Positions 9,206-18,716 of a DNA stretch of 64,000 nucleotides are shown piece by piece (position 1 is the stretch's first letter; every line of letters begins with the position of its first letter). The position numbers and the translations under genes were made by a program. The notes beneath the pieces were generated by a model. It had not been told where the DNA came from and made no database searches. It saw only the letters and a program-made list of their open reading frames with translations. The DNA is from Candidatus Bathyarchaeota archaeon (GTDB lineage Archaea > Thermoproteota > Bathyarchaeia > TCS64). The stretch lies in the NCBI GenBank assembly GCA_963771885.1, contig CAVYVF010000002.1:32001-96000 (forward strand), given 5' to 3'.

Positions 9206-10152
9206 CTAGAGCCCAAGGAGGCGCGCCGCGTTACCGTAGAAAATCTTGTCGACAATGTCCTCCCCGACGCCGATGCCGCGCACCTCACGCAGCTGCTCTC
9301 GGAGGTAGTCGACGGCGAACCCGCGGGGGAAGTAGCTGGAGTCGGTACCGAAGACTATCCTGTCCGGACCGACTGTCTCAAGGCACTTGAGGAAAAGGTC
9401 GCGGAGCGTCAGCCTGTACGGCATCCACGCCATCCACTGGTTACTCCCCGAGGTGTCGATAGGACATTAGGGCAAGCCCAGCATAGCTGGAGTAGCTCGC
9501 GGAAGTAGCAGGCGCCGAAGTGAGGTATGACGAAGTTGAGAGTTGGGAAGCTGGCTGCGACCTCCCAGAGGCTCAAAGGGTCGAGGTTGTGCAGGTTCCG
9601 GGCCGGGCCGCCTCCGCCACCGAGGACGCCGAAATGGATGAGGACAGGGACTTCGAGCTTCTCAGCCATCTCCCAGACAGGATACGCTGCCTTATCGTCC
9701 ACGGGGCGCGTGAGCCCGGAGGCGATGAGCTTGAAGCCGCGCAGCCCGAGCTTCCTCACGCCGCGCTCCAGCTCCGAAGCTGCACCCTCGGAGAAGATAT
9801 CGTGATGGGCAAAGCCCGTGAACCTATCGGGATGCATCTTCACGATCTCGGAGAGGTTATCGTTTCCTCCACCCATGACGAAGTTGACCCTGCTCAGACC
9901 CTTGGCGTCCATGTCGGCGATCCAACGCTCGACCTGCTCCTCGTCGCTGTGCACCCCGTTCTCAGGAGGGTCGAATCCCCATTTTCTCCTCCACTCGTCG
10001 CGGTAGTGAGCCGAGTTCGCCATGATTATCCGGGCCTTCTCCTCACCGTATCTACTGATGAGTGACTGTGTGTAGCTCGCCCTCGAGTCCCCGCCGCGCT
10101 GAATGGGGAAGTGGGCGTGGAAGTCTAGCACCCTGAGGCCGTGGAGGTCCAA
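9206..10152 (-). CDS. amidohydrolase family 2 protein (one-base deletion near 9461)
   Basis: DFHAH, GLRGFK, PVLIHFG, IPHFG, then IDTSGSNQW...RIVFGTDS in the shifted frame. Confidence 0.85.
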
Positions 10153-10250
10153 CTTGATCGTTGGAATAAGACGTAGAGAGTCGATATAGGGCTGACGCCT
10201 CAAAAGTGGTAATAACCCGCGGATACCCCTCAATCCACGGGTGTGATGTT

Positions 10251-10733
10251 TTGAGCGAGAGGATCGAGGCACTAAAGTCATTCGCCAACGCGGCGTTCGG
10301 CAGGTTCGATGTCTCAATGAAGGACATCAAGGAGGCCGAGTTGGAGTGGAGGCCTGACGTGGAAGCCAACAACATAAGGTGGATACTCACGCACCTGTCA
10401 AACCAGTGGAACGTCGGCTTCCAGAGGACCTTCAGGGGTGACAACAACTACAAGCCGGCTGGGTGGCCCGACGACTACGTCGGCAGCAAAACGATAACCT
10501 ACTCGAAGCTGATGGACGACCTCACCCGGGGCAGGGCGAGTGTGCTGGAGGGGCTCAATAAGCTAAAGCCAGCCGACCTCGCCATCGAGGTGCAGTCGCC
10601 AAGCGGCCCAGTGAAGCGCTACGACAGGCTCATCAGGCAGATGTCGGAGATCATACACCACGAGGGGCAGATCGCCTACATCCGCGGAGTCATCGCGAGG
10701 AAGGCGAAGAAGGACTCCCGTTTCCTATCCTAG
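10251..10733 (+). CDS. DinB/YfiT family protein
   Basis: NNIRWILTHL and IIHHEGQIAYIR motifs. Confidence 0.8.
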   Translation: MSERIEALKSFANAAFGRFDVSMKDIKEAELEWRPDVEANNIRWILTHLSNQWNVGFQRTFRGDNNYKPAGWPDDYVGSKTITYSKLMDDLTRGRASVLEGLNKLKPADLAIEVQSPSGPVKRYDRLIRQMSEIIHHEGQIAYIRGVIARKAKKDSRFLS

Positions 10734-11233
10734 AACTTTACTTCTGACGACTTTTTCCCCGTCATCTCCCCAACGGCTATCCAGCCGATCGTCGTCCGGC
10801 CTATCTCAGTATCCTTACCTATGCGTGTGAAATGTGGATCAATCTCACCCGTAGGGGAGGGCTTCTCCTGGTTGGCGAAGAGGTACTCCATTATACGCCT
10901 CTTCTCCTCGATTCCCTCTGCTAGGTGGACGGTACCCTCGAACATAGCCGTGACATAGAGGTGGTTGCACTTACCCTCGACATAGCCATGGTCGATTATA
11001 GCCTGCCCCCAGACGCGTGGGTTTGCCTTCCAGTAATCCATCTTTTTCCCCTCGCTGGCACAGTGGAAATAGATGCGCTTCCCGTTGGGATCATATGCAT
11101 GGCTAAGACTTACGAGGTAGGGGACATCGTCCTTGCACATGGCGACAGTGATGTAGTGGGTCTCCTTGAGGACCCTCTCCAGCTTAGCCGGGTCGGTTAT
11201 CGCCCTGTCCATACGTCTCATGTGGTACTTCAT
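10730..11233 (-). CDS. pyridoxamine 5'-phosphate oxidase-like FMN-binding protein (NimA-like)
   Basis: MRRMDRAI, PYLVSLSH, IYFHCASEGKK...NPRV. Confidence 0.85.
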   Translation of the reverse strand: MKYHMRRMDRAITDPAKLERVLKETHYITVAMCKDDVPYLVSLSHAYDPNGKRIYFHCASEGKKMDYWKANPRVWGQAIIDHGYVEGKCNHLYVTAMFEGTVHLAEGIEEKRRIMEYLFANQEKPSPTGEIDPHFTRIGKDTEIGRTTIGWIAVGEMTGKKSSEVKF

Positions 11234-11378
11234 GGTGTATCGGTTTCCATTATCAGCTATCGGCGTTAAAAGGGGGCGGGTGTGCGTGGAGACTCTCGGA
11301 AGGGTAGCGCGTTACACCTATAGCCGGCTCATCCTTAATTACAGGGCGGCGGGAATCAGGCACATCTGAGGTTATCCA

Positions 11379-11723
11379 GTGTCGGGAGTCGATGGAAAGT
11401 TCAAGGCGGGGATCGTACACCTGATCCTCACGCACGACGCCGAGAAGGCGCTCGCCTCCCTCGCCGAGAAGTACAACGTCGATGTCCCTAGGCTCAGAGT
11501 GGGCATCCCCAAGGGCCATGTCACCGTCTCGGGGTGCTACATATTAGAAAAAGAGACGATTTACGTGGCGACCAGTGACGGGTTGACTGACCCGTTCCTG
11601 ATACTGCACGAGTTCTACCACCACCTCAGGTCGGTCAGCGGAAGGCACCTTGGGACAGAGAGGTACGCGAACAAGTTCGCCCGCGAGTACATCAACGAGT
11701 ACCGCAGCGGATCTAATCCTTAA
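11379..11723 (+). CDS. small HExxH zincin-like hypothetical protein
   Basis: ILHEFYHH followed by E..ANKFA. Confidence 0.6.
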   Translation: MSGVDGKFKAGIVHLILTHDAEKALASLAEKYNVDVPRLRVGIPKGHVTVSGCYILEKETIYVATSDGLTDPFLILHEFYHHLRSVSGRHLGTERYANKFAREYINEYRSGSNP

Positions 11724-13261
11724 GGCTCATAAAGGGCAGTTCGACTATGAAGGTTGTGCCCTCCCCCTGCTTCGACTCGAAGCTGATGCTCCCCCCGAGA
11801 GCCTCAACAGCCCTCTTCGAATAAGTGAGGCCTAGACCCATTCCCCCCGGCTTGGTCGAATATAGGGGCGTGAATATCTTCTCCTTCGCATCGTCAGAGA
11901 TACCGATCCCCGTATCCGAGACAATTACGGCGAGTCTTCCATTCTCCATGTCAGCACTAACCATAAGCTCGCCACCAGACGGCATTGCCTCGACGCCGTT
12001 CTCAATGAGGTTGTTCAAGACCTTCCTGAGCATCTCGGGGTCAGTCCTGATAGGCTTCATTTTGTCGCCGAACTTTGTAGTCAGCTTCACGCCCTCGGGC
12101 AGCTTAAGTGTCTCAGCAATCTTACCGATGAGCGTAACGGGGTCTATTTCGACGGGCTGTGGAATGACATCCCTCGTGTTCGATCGCCAGTCAGCTATCA
12201 TGGTGAGCGACTTAACGGCATTCAACTCGATGATCCTCATCATGTTGCCCTGCACGCTTGGGTCGCGCTTCGACACGTTGACGGCTTGGACTATGGCGCC
12301 CAGCGGCCCCCTCAGGTCGTGAGCAACCACCTGGCTCATCCTCGTCAGGGCAACGAACTTCTCCTCCTTCGAGATTCCTCCGTTTATCTGTCTCATTTTG
12401 GGTCACGTCTCTCCGAATTAAGCCGAGGTTCTTTCCCATCCTGAAGGCCCAGGTCGAGGCCCAGCCACCCATACCCCACTCGAAGATCACGCGGTGACAA
12501 TCCTCATAGAACTGCTCACCCGTGTCTAGGACCCTAAGGAAGCCCTTGTACCTCTCCGTCGACTCGATACCAGGTGCGAGATCAGACATCTTCCTCCCGA
12601 TGAGAGCCCTCTTCTGCGTCCCCAGCGGGTAGGCTGCAAGAGCCGCGTTGTTCAGGTCCAAAAGCCTGAGGCCCGCATCATAGATGAATATCGCGTCGGG
12701 AGCCGAGTCCATGAAGGACTCCAGACGCTCTTTCGTTTCCTTGATCTCGATAGTCCTCTCGGCTACTCTCTCCTCTAACATATTCACATAGGCCTGAAGT
12801 TGCTCCTTAGAGTGCTTGAGGTCATCGTTAGTCCTCTCGAGAGCCTCACGCATCCTATTCCTCTCTATGGCATCTTTGATCCTGTTATCGAGTATGATGT
12901 AATGGGCGAGCTCGGACTCCTTCTTTATGTAGGCGTCGACACCGGCAGTGAACGCCTCAGCGGCGACTTCCTCGCTGCCGCGCGCTGTGTAGAGGATGAA
13001 CGGCACGCTACTCGTTTTCCTTATCTCCCTGCAGAGCTGTATCCCGCTCATCATTGGGAAGGAGTAATCTGAGACTATGCAATCGTAGCCCCCCTTCTTC
13101 AGGAGCTTCAGCGCCTCCGTAGGTTTTGCCACAAATGAAATGTCCAAGTTGGCGTTGAGCCGCCCAAGGTTCAGGGCGACTAGCTCTACCTGTGTCTCCT
13201 CATCGTCCACAAACAGAACCCGTATTCTGTTTGGAGGCGAATTACTGGTTAAGCTAACCAA
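11713..13261 (-). CDS. hybrid sensor kinase REC-PAS-HisKA-HATPase (one extra A in CAAAATG near 12397)
   Basis: VLFVDDEE...CIVSDY receiver; PAS (MDSAPDAIFIYD...RRDVTQ); VAHDLRGPL H-box; NLIENGVEAM, DTGIGI, GMGLGL. Confidence 0.85.
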
Positions 13262-13312
13262 CCCGGTTCGAATCCTCACTCTAGTTTCACGGTTATTTAT
13301 CCTTTTTAGGAG

Positions 13313-13510
13313 ATGATACACGCGCGGCAGGGTCCCATTTTCACTACCTTCGACGACATCGAGTATGTGAGCAGCATCGTGAAGATGGGCACACCATGTC
13401 ACATCATTGGAATCAGGAAGGAGATACGCGCCAGAATAGGCAAGTGGCTCGGCGACACTGCGCTCGCGAAGGGCGGAGAGTGGCCGCATAATTTTAAGAG
13501 ACCGGAATAG
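13313..13510 (+). pseudogene. DUF1905-family remnant
   Basis: TFDDIEY..SIVKMGTPCHIIGIRKEIRARIGK..GDT; upstream RGRVP lies in a different frame and the N-terminus is missing. Confidence 0.55.
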
Positions 13511-13553
13511 CCCTCATTATCAATCCTGCGCCGGGTTTAGAGGTGTTGCAGAA

Positions 13554-14375
13554 ATGAAACTAGGGCTCTTCACTATGCCGTATATGCGCCTGTCACTGGA
13601 GAGGGCGTTTAGCGATGCAAAGCGCTTCGGGTACGAAGGCGTCGAGGTGTGGGGTGGACGCCCACACGCCTACGCGCCGGACCTTGTGGGCGGCCGCGCA
13701 AGTGAGATAGGCGAGCTGGCGAGTAGGTACGGCCTACCCGTCATTGGGTACACGCCGGAGATGAACGCTTACCCCTACAACATGATGGCGGGTACAGAGG
13801 CTATGCGCCGTGATTGCGTCAACTACGTTAAGCTCTCACTGGATGCGGCAGTAAGGATGGGTGCAGGTTTCGTGCTTATCTCCGCAGGGCACGCAGGCTA
13901 CGAGGAGCCGCGAACCCAATACTGGCCACGCCTCATCAAAAACCTCGGGGAGATATCATCGTATGCCGAGGACGTCGGTATGGACGTGCTCCTTGAGCCA
14001 CTCACCCACTACGAGAGCAACGTGGTTGTGACCCTTAACGACCTCGTAGCAGCCCTCGACGAGGTTGGATCTCCACGCCTCCTAGGGATGTGCGACGTGG
14101 TGCCCCCCTTCTGCAACCGGGAACATATAATGGGCTACTTCGAGAAGCTGGGGGCGAGGATGCGCCACGTTCACCTCGTCGACAGCGACGGGCAGTCGGA
14201 CACTCACATAATGCCCGGCGACGGAAGGATACCGCTGCGCCAACTCCTCCGAGAGATGGAGGCGTCGGGCTACTCCGGCTACTGCACGATAGAGCTTATA
14301 TCCGCGATCATGAACGAGCCTTCCCTAGGCTCGGCGCTCGCCATAGAGCGCGTGAGAGAGCTGCTCAAGGGGTAA
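13554..14375 (+). CDS. frlC: fructoselysine 3-epimerase-like protein
   Basis: WGGRPHAYAPDL, PVIGYTPEMNAYPYNMM, EPLTHYESNVV, HLVDSDGQSDTH match E. coli FrlC as I recall it. Confidence 0.85.
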   Translation: MKLGLFTMPYMRLSLERAFSDAKRFGYEGVEVWGGRPHAYAPDLVGGRASEIGELASRYGLPVIGYTPEMNAYPYNMMAGTEAMRRDCVNYVKLSLDAAVRMGAGFVLISAGHAGYEEPRTQYWPRLIKNLGEISSYAEDVGMDVLLEPLTHYESNVVVTLNDLVAALDEVGSPRLLGMCDVVPPFCNREHIMGYFEKLGARMRHVHLVDSDGQSDTHIMPGDGRIPLRQLLREMEASGYSGYCTIELISAIMNEPSLGSALAIERVRELLKG

Positions 14376-14380
14376 CCTGA

Positions 14381-15457
14381 TTGGAGATGCTGAAGAAGTT
14401 CGACCCGATTAATGCATTGCTGGTCTTCATCCCGCTCACCGTGGCATTTGAGATGCTGGGCTTCGACCCGCTCTGGGTCTTCCTCGGGAGCGCAGCCGCC
14501 ATCATCCCACTCGCGAAGTGGATGGGAGTCGCGACCGAGGAGCTGAGCTACAAAATGGGTGAGGGCCTCGGCGGCCTCCTGAACGCGACGTTTGGCAACG
14601 CAACGGAGCTGATTATCGCCATCTTCGCGTTGCAGAGGGGGCTCATCGAGGTTGTGGAGGCGTCGATCACGGGCTCGATCGTGAGCAACTTCCTCTTCGT
14701 ACTGGGGCTCAGCATGCTGGTCGGTGGTTGGGGAAAGGTAAAACAGGAGTTTAACCGGACGGCGGCGTCGGTGAACTCGTCGCTCCTAACCATCGCCATC
14801 ATGGGGCTCGTCCTCCCCGCCATGTTCGCTCTAGTCTCAAAGAACACGGGTTTCATCGTGCTGGAGGAGGTGAGCCTCGCGGTGGCGGCGCTTTTAATGC
14901 TCTGTTATATCCTCTCCCTCTGGTTCAGTCTGAAGACTCACAAGCACCTCTACATCGGCGGGAAGCATGCGGGCGAGCCCGAGGAGAATGGTAAGGGGTG
15001 GGACACTAAAAAATCCATCATAGTGCTGCTTATCGCCACGATAGGGGTTGCCCTCATGTCCGAGATGCTCGTCGGCGTCATAGAACACGTCGCCGAGGCT
15101 GCCCACATGAGCCAGTTCTTCATAGGCGTCATACTCATCCCGCTCATCGGTAACGCGGCGGAGCACCTGACGGCGGTGACAGTGGCGGCGAAGGACAAGA
15201 TGGACCTCGCGCTAAACATCGCGCTCGGGTCAAGCGCACAGATTGCGCTCTTCGTAGCGCCACTCCTAGTCTTCCTCAGCCTGCTGCTTGGGAACCCGAT
15301 GCAACTGGTCTTCAACGAGCTAGAAGTCGTCTCTATCGCCGTCGCTGTGTTCATACTCAACAGCATCGTCCACGACGGAGAATCCCACTGGATGGAAGGC
15401 GTCCTCCTAGTGGTGAGTTACCTCATCATAGCCATCGTCTTCTTCTTCATGATGTAG
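14381..15457 (+). CDS. cax: Ca2+/H+ exchanger (CAX family)
   Basis: GGLLNATFGNATE and PLIGNAAEH alpha-repeats; ~11 TM. Confidence 0.93.
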   Translation: MEMLKKFDPINALLVFIPLTVAFEMLGFDPLWVFLGSAAAIIPLAKWMGVATEELSYKMGEGLGGLLNATFGNATELIIAIFALQRGLIEVVEASITGSIVSNFLFVLGLSMLVGGWGKVKQEFNRTAASVNSSLLTIAIMGLVLPAMFALVSKNTGFIVLEEVSLAVAALLMLCYILSLWFSLKTHKHLYIGGKHAGEPEENGKGWDTKKSIIVLLIATIGVALMSEMLVGVIEHVAEAAHMSQFFIGVILIPLIGNAAEHLTAVTVAAKDKMDLALNIALGSSAQIALFVAPLLVFLSLLLGNPMQLVFNELEVVSIAVAVFILNSIVHDGESHWMEGVLLVVSYLIIAIVFFFMM

Positions 15458-15567
15458 GTTTCTCCGCCAATATCTGCGCGATTAGTTTTCTACCAAAGTC
15501 GTGCTCAAGTCCAAAATCCAAGTGTTGATTATCATAGTTTTGTTACGCGCGGGCAGTTGGTATTCGC

Positions 15568-16152
15568 TCACTTTGCCTGTTTATCGATGAGCTTCGCCCA
15601 GTCGTACTTGAGGAGGGCGACGATTATGACTGCGAGGATAATAATGGTCGTGACTAGTCCCAAGTCACCACCACCGGCGAAGAGGTCTCTGAAGTAGGTG
15701 AGGCTGTAGGCGCCGGCATAGGCGAGGAAGAGGCACATTCCCGTCTTACCTATCAGCATCGCGGCCAACAGCTTCTTGGCCGGGTACTTCATCATGCCGA
15801 GGGGGATGAGCAGAAGGTCGTCGGGAATAGGCAGCAGCGACACCAGGATTATCACCATCACACCGTATCTCTCGATGAGCTTTCTAACAGCGTCGAGCCT
15901 ATCCCCATACCTGTCCTCAATTACCCTCCTTCCTCCCCTGCCAATGAAGTAGGCGGACATCTCACCTATAGTCGAGCCGACCCCGGCCACGACACCTAGT
16001 ATGAAGGGGTTTAGGGTTGAGCCGAAGGCGTAGACGACGAGGGCGAAGGGGATGGGGAGAATTATAGAGATGTTACCCACGATGCATATTATGAATGCGC
16101 CGAAATAGCCGTAAGCGGTCACAAACTCAGTCATCCAGACCCAGATGTCCAT
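15568..16152 (-). CDS. DedA/VTT (SNARE-associated) membrane protein
   Basis: GSTIGEMSAYFIGR, LLPIPDDLLLIPLGM. Confidence 0.85.
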   Translation of the reverse strand: MDIWVWMTEFVTAYGYFGAFIICIVGNISIILPIPFALVVYAFGSTLNPFILGVVAGVGSTIGEMSAYFIGRGGRRVIEDRYGDRLDAVRKLIERYGVMVIILVSLLPIPDDLLLIPLGMMKYPAKKLLAAMLIGKTGMCLFLAYAGAYSLTYFRDLFAGGGDLGLVTTIIILAVIIVALLKYDWAKLIDKQAK

Positions 16153-16259
16153 TGCTACGCAGATTATGGACGAGGGTGTATTAGAATGAGTCTAAACTGA
16201 GACCACTTGAGGCGACGTCTGCGCGGTTTTATACACGTCACGGCAGAAGATTATCCGCC

Positions 16260-17699
16260 ATGATCAAAGATACCGCATTGGGTTGGATCGAGGAGCACAG
16301 GAAAGAACTGATTGATGTAAGCGACTCGATCTGGGGCTTCGCGGAGTACGGCCTCTGCGAGGAGAGGTCAAGCAAGCTGTTGGCGGAGACCCTTGAGAAG
16401 TACGGCTGGAGGGTAACGCGAGGCGTGGCGACCATGCCTACAGCCATCATAGCCGAGAAGGGGGAGGGCAAACCTATTGTCGCCACTATGGGGGAGTTCG
16501 ACGCCCTCCCGAACCTGAGCAATAAGCCGATACCGAGGAAGGAGCCACTCATGCCCGGCGGCATGGGACACGGCTGCGGGCACAACGTCCACGGCGTGAC
16601 GGCGCTCGGCGCCGCCATCGCTGCAGGTGAGGCGTTAGAGAAGCACGGGTTAAAGGGTACAATCCGCTTCTACGGGACTCCGGCAGAGGAGAACTTCAGC
16701 GGCAAGATGATAATGGTCAACCACGGCCTCTTCGACGACGTCGACGCGGCGCTAAGCCACCATCCGGGTAACCTAAACGTAGCGACGCTGGCGAGCAGCA
16801 ACGTGATCAGCGGGTGCCGCTTCGCCTTCCACGGCAGGTCAAGCCACGCGGCGGGCAACCCAGAGGCTGGACGCAGCGCCCTAGACGCGGTCGAGCTGAT
16901 GAACGTGGGCGTCAACTTCCTCAGAGAGCATGTAATCCCCGAAGCGAGGATACACTACGTGATAGAGGCCGGGGGCGGCCAGCCTAACGTCGTCCCTGAC
17001 TACGCCCGGAGCCACTACTATATCAGGGCCCCCGAGCAGGACCTACTCGAACCGATAAAGAAGAGGGTGCTGAAGATAGCGGAGGGGGCAGCGCTGATGA
17101 CAGAGACACGGCTCGAGGCTGAGATGGGATGGGGCGGCTACCACAAGATACCGAACAAAGTCCTCAGCGAGGTCGTCACTACGAACATGAGGCTGGTTGG
17201 CCCCCCGAAGTACACGAAGGAGGAGTACGAGTTCGCCACCGAGATAGCTAAGAGCTTCCCCCGCGAGGACAGGGAAACCAGCCTCAGGAAAGGTAAAGTT
17301 CCTGACTGGGAGAGGTACGTTGATCAGGACATCGTCTCCGATATATTTGACGCGTGGGACGACGGGACGACGAGCCCGGGGAGCACCGACGTAGCGGACG
17401 TGAGCTGGATCACACCGACAATGGAGTTCAGGACAGCCACAAACGTCAACGGCGCGCCGGGGCACAGCTGGCAGATGACAGCGTGTGCCGGGACGGGGAT
17501 AGGCCACGTGAGCTTGATATTCGCAGCCAAGACGATGGCAGGCTCCGTCCTCGACCTTCTCACCTCCCCCGAGCTGCTAACGAAGGCTAATGAGGAGCAG
17601 GCAAAGAGGCTCCGCGGCAGAGCCTACAAGAAGGACCCCTCAATAGTAGCACCCCTCGAAAAGGCGAAGGAGCTGGCAAGAACCTACACCGGGAAGTAG
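16260..17699 (+). CDS. M20 amidohydrolase, AbgB-like (copy 1)
   Basis: GEFDALP, GHGCGHN, GTPAEE, GRSALDAVELMN, GGGQPNVVP, GSTDV. Confidence 0.9.
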   Translation: MIKDTALGWIEEHRKELIDVSDSIWGFAEYGLCEERSSKLLAETLEKYGWRVTRGVATMPTAIIAEKGEGKPIVATMGEFDALPNLSNKPIPRKEPLMPGGMGHGCGHNVHGVTALGAAIAAGEALEKHGLKGTIRFYGTPAEENFSGKMIMVNHGLFDDVDAALSHHPGNLNVATLASSNVISGCRFAFHGRSSHAAGNPEAGRSALDAVELMNVGVNFLREHVIPEARIHYVIEAGGGQPNVVPDYARSHYYIRAPEQDLLEPIKKRVLKIAEGAALMTETRLEAEMGWGGYHKIPNKVLSEVVTTNMRLVGPPKYTKEEYEFATEIAKSFPREDRETSLRKGKVPDWERYVDQDIVSDIFDAWDDGTTSPGSTDVADVSWITPTMEFRTATNVNGAPGHSWQMTACAGTGIGHVSLIFAAKTMAGSVLDLLTSPELLTKANEEQAKRLRGRAYKKDPSIVAPLEKAKELARTYTGK

Positions 17700-17759
17700 C
17701 GCGCGCATCTTCTGATTTATGAGGCACAGTAACAATCGATTAGGCGAAGGGCACCCGAC

Positions 17760-18716
17760 TTGGTTCTTTCCGTTTTACACTACGTGCCATCTGCCGTGGC
17801 GGGTGTCCTCACAATCTACATCGCGTTTGGGGGCGGTAAGCCCCATAAGCTCATCTCCTACGCCGCCACTGCCCTTGCTGCTCTGGGACTCTACGGGTTC
17901 CTGACCACCGAGACCGAGACAATGTTCCAGCTAGGCCTCCACTCGATCCACGGCTGGATTGGGGTGGTAGCCCTCATCCTACTCCTCTTAAATCTTGCCC
18001 TCAGGGGTAAGACGAGGCGCCACTGCGGCGTGGGGAGGGCCGCGGGAGTACTCTCCGCCATCTCACTAGGCATGGGTATCATCATTCTCCTCGGCCTGGC
18101 ACCCGGTCCCGTACCAGCTGGCATAGGACAGGTCCCAGTGTCGAGCGTCCTCCCAGAGGTCGAAGCGCCTACCTTCATGGGGGCGACACTCACACCCATC
18201 GTAAACCAGTTGAACAACGCCATCGAGGGGACGCAGCACATTAACAGAAACACGTACCGGCTCAGGGTCACCGGCCTAGTCGACAGAGAACTTTCTCTCA
18301 ACTACGCTGACCTCCTAGACTTGCCGGCGTACGCTGAGGTCGTCTACCTTCCCTGCGTCGAAGGGTGGGGCTTCAACGCGAAGTGGACGGGGTTCAGGGT
18401 CACAGACCTCCTTGACGCAGCAGGTGTCCAGCCGAGCGGGAACTACGCCGTCTTTTGGTCCAGCGATGGCTACTCTACAGCGCTTCCACTGTCCTACCTT
18501 GAGGGTAACCAGACGCTACTTGCCTACGGGCTGAACGATGTAACGCTTCCCTCGGACCGCGGCTTCCCGCTCCAACTCGTGGCTGGTGGAAAGTACGGTT
18601 ACAAGTGGGCGAAGTGGGTGGTAGAGATCGAAGTGGTTTCAGCGCCGGTGCGGGGTTACTGGGAATCTCGAGGATACAGCGACTCGGCGGACGTCGGCAC
18701 ATACCCTTATGAGTAG
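17760..18716 (+). CDS. sulfite-oxidase-family molybdopterin oxidoreductase with N-terminal His-containing membrane domain
   Basis: LRVTGLVD, LPCVEGW...AKWTG, DGYSTAL, RGFPLQLV..GKYGYKWAKW, GYWE; N-terminal ~4 TM with HSIHGWIG. Confidence 0.85.
   Translation: MVLSVLHYVPSAVAGVLTIYIAFGGGKPHKLISYAATALAALGLYGFLTTETETMFQLGLHSIHGWIGVVALILLLLNLALRGKTRRHCGVGRAAGVLSAISLGMGIIILLGLAPGPVPAGIGQVPVSSVLPEVEAPTFMGATLTPIVNQLNNAIEGTQHINRNTYRLRVTGLVDRELSLNYADLLDLPAYAEVVYLPCVEGWGFNAKWTGFRVTDLLDAAGVQPSGNYAVFWSSDGYSTALPLSYLEGNQTLLAYGLNDVTLPSDRGFPLQLVAGGKYGYKWAKWVVEIEVVSAPVRGYWESRGYSDSADVGTYPYE

Noticed and set aside
13262..13280. GGTTCGAATCC resembling a tRNA T-loop
   Set aside because: The T-stem pairs over only 2 bp, and no acceptor, D or anticodon arm can be built
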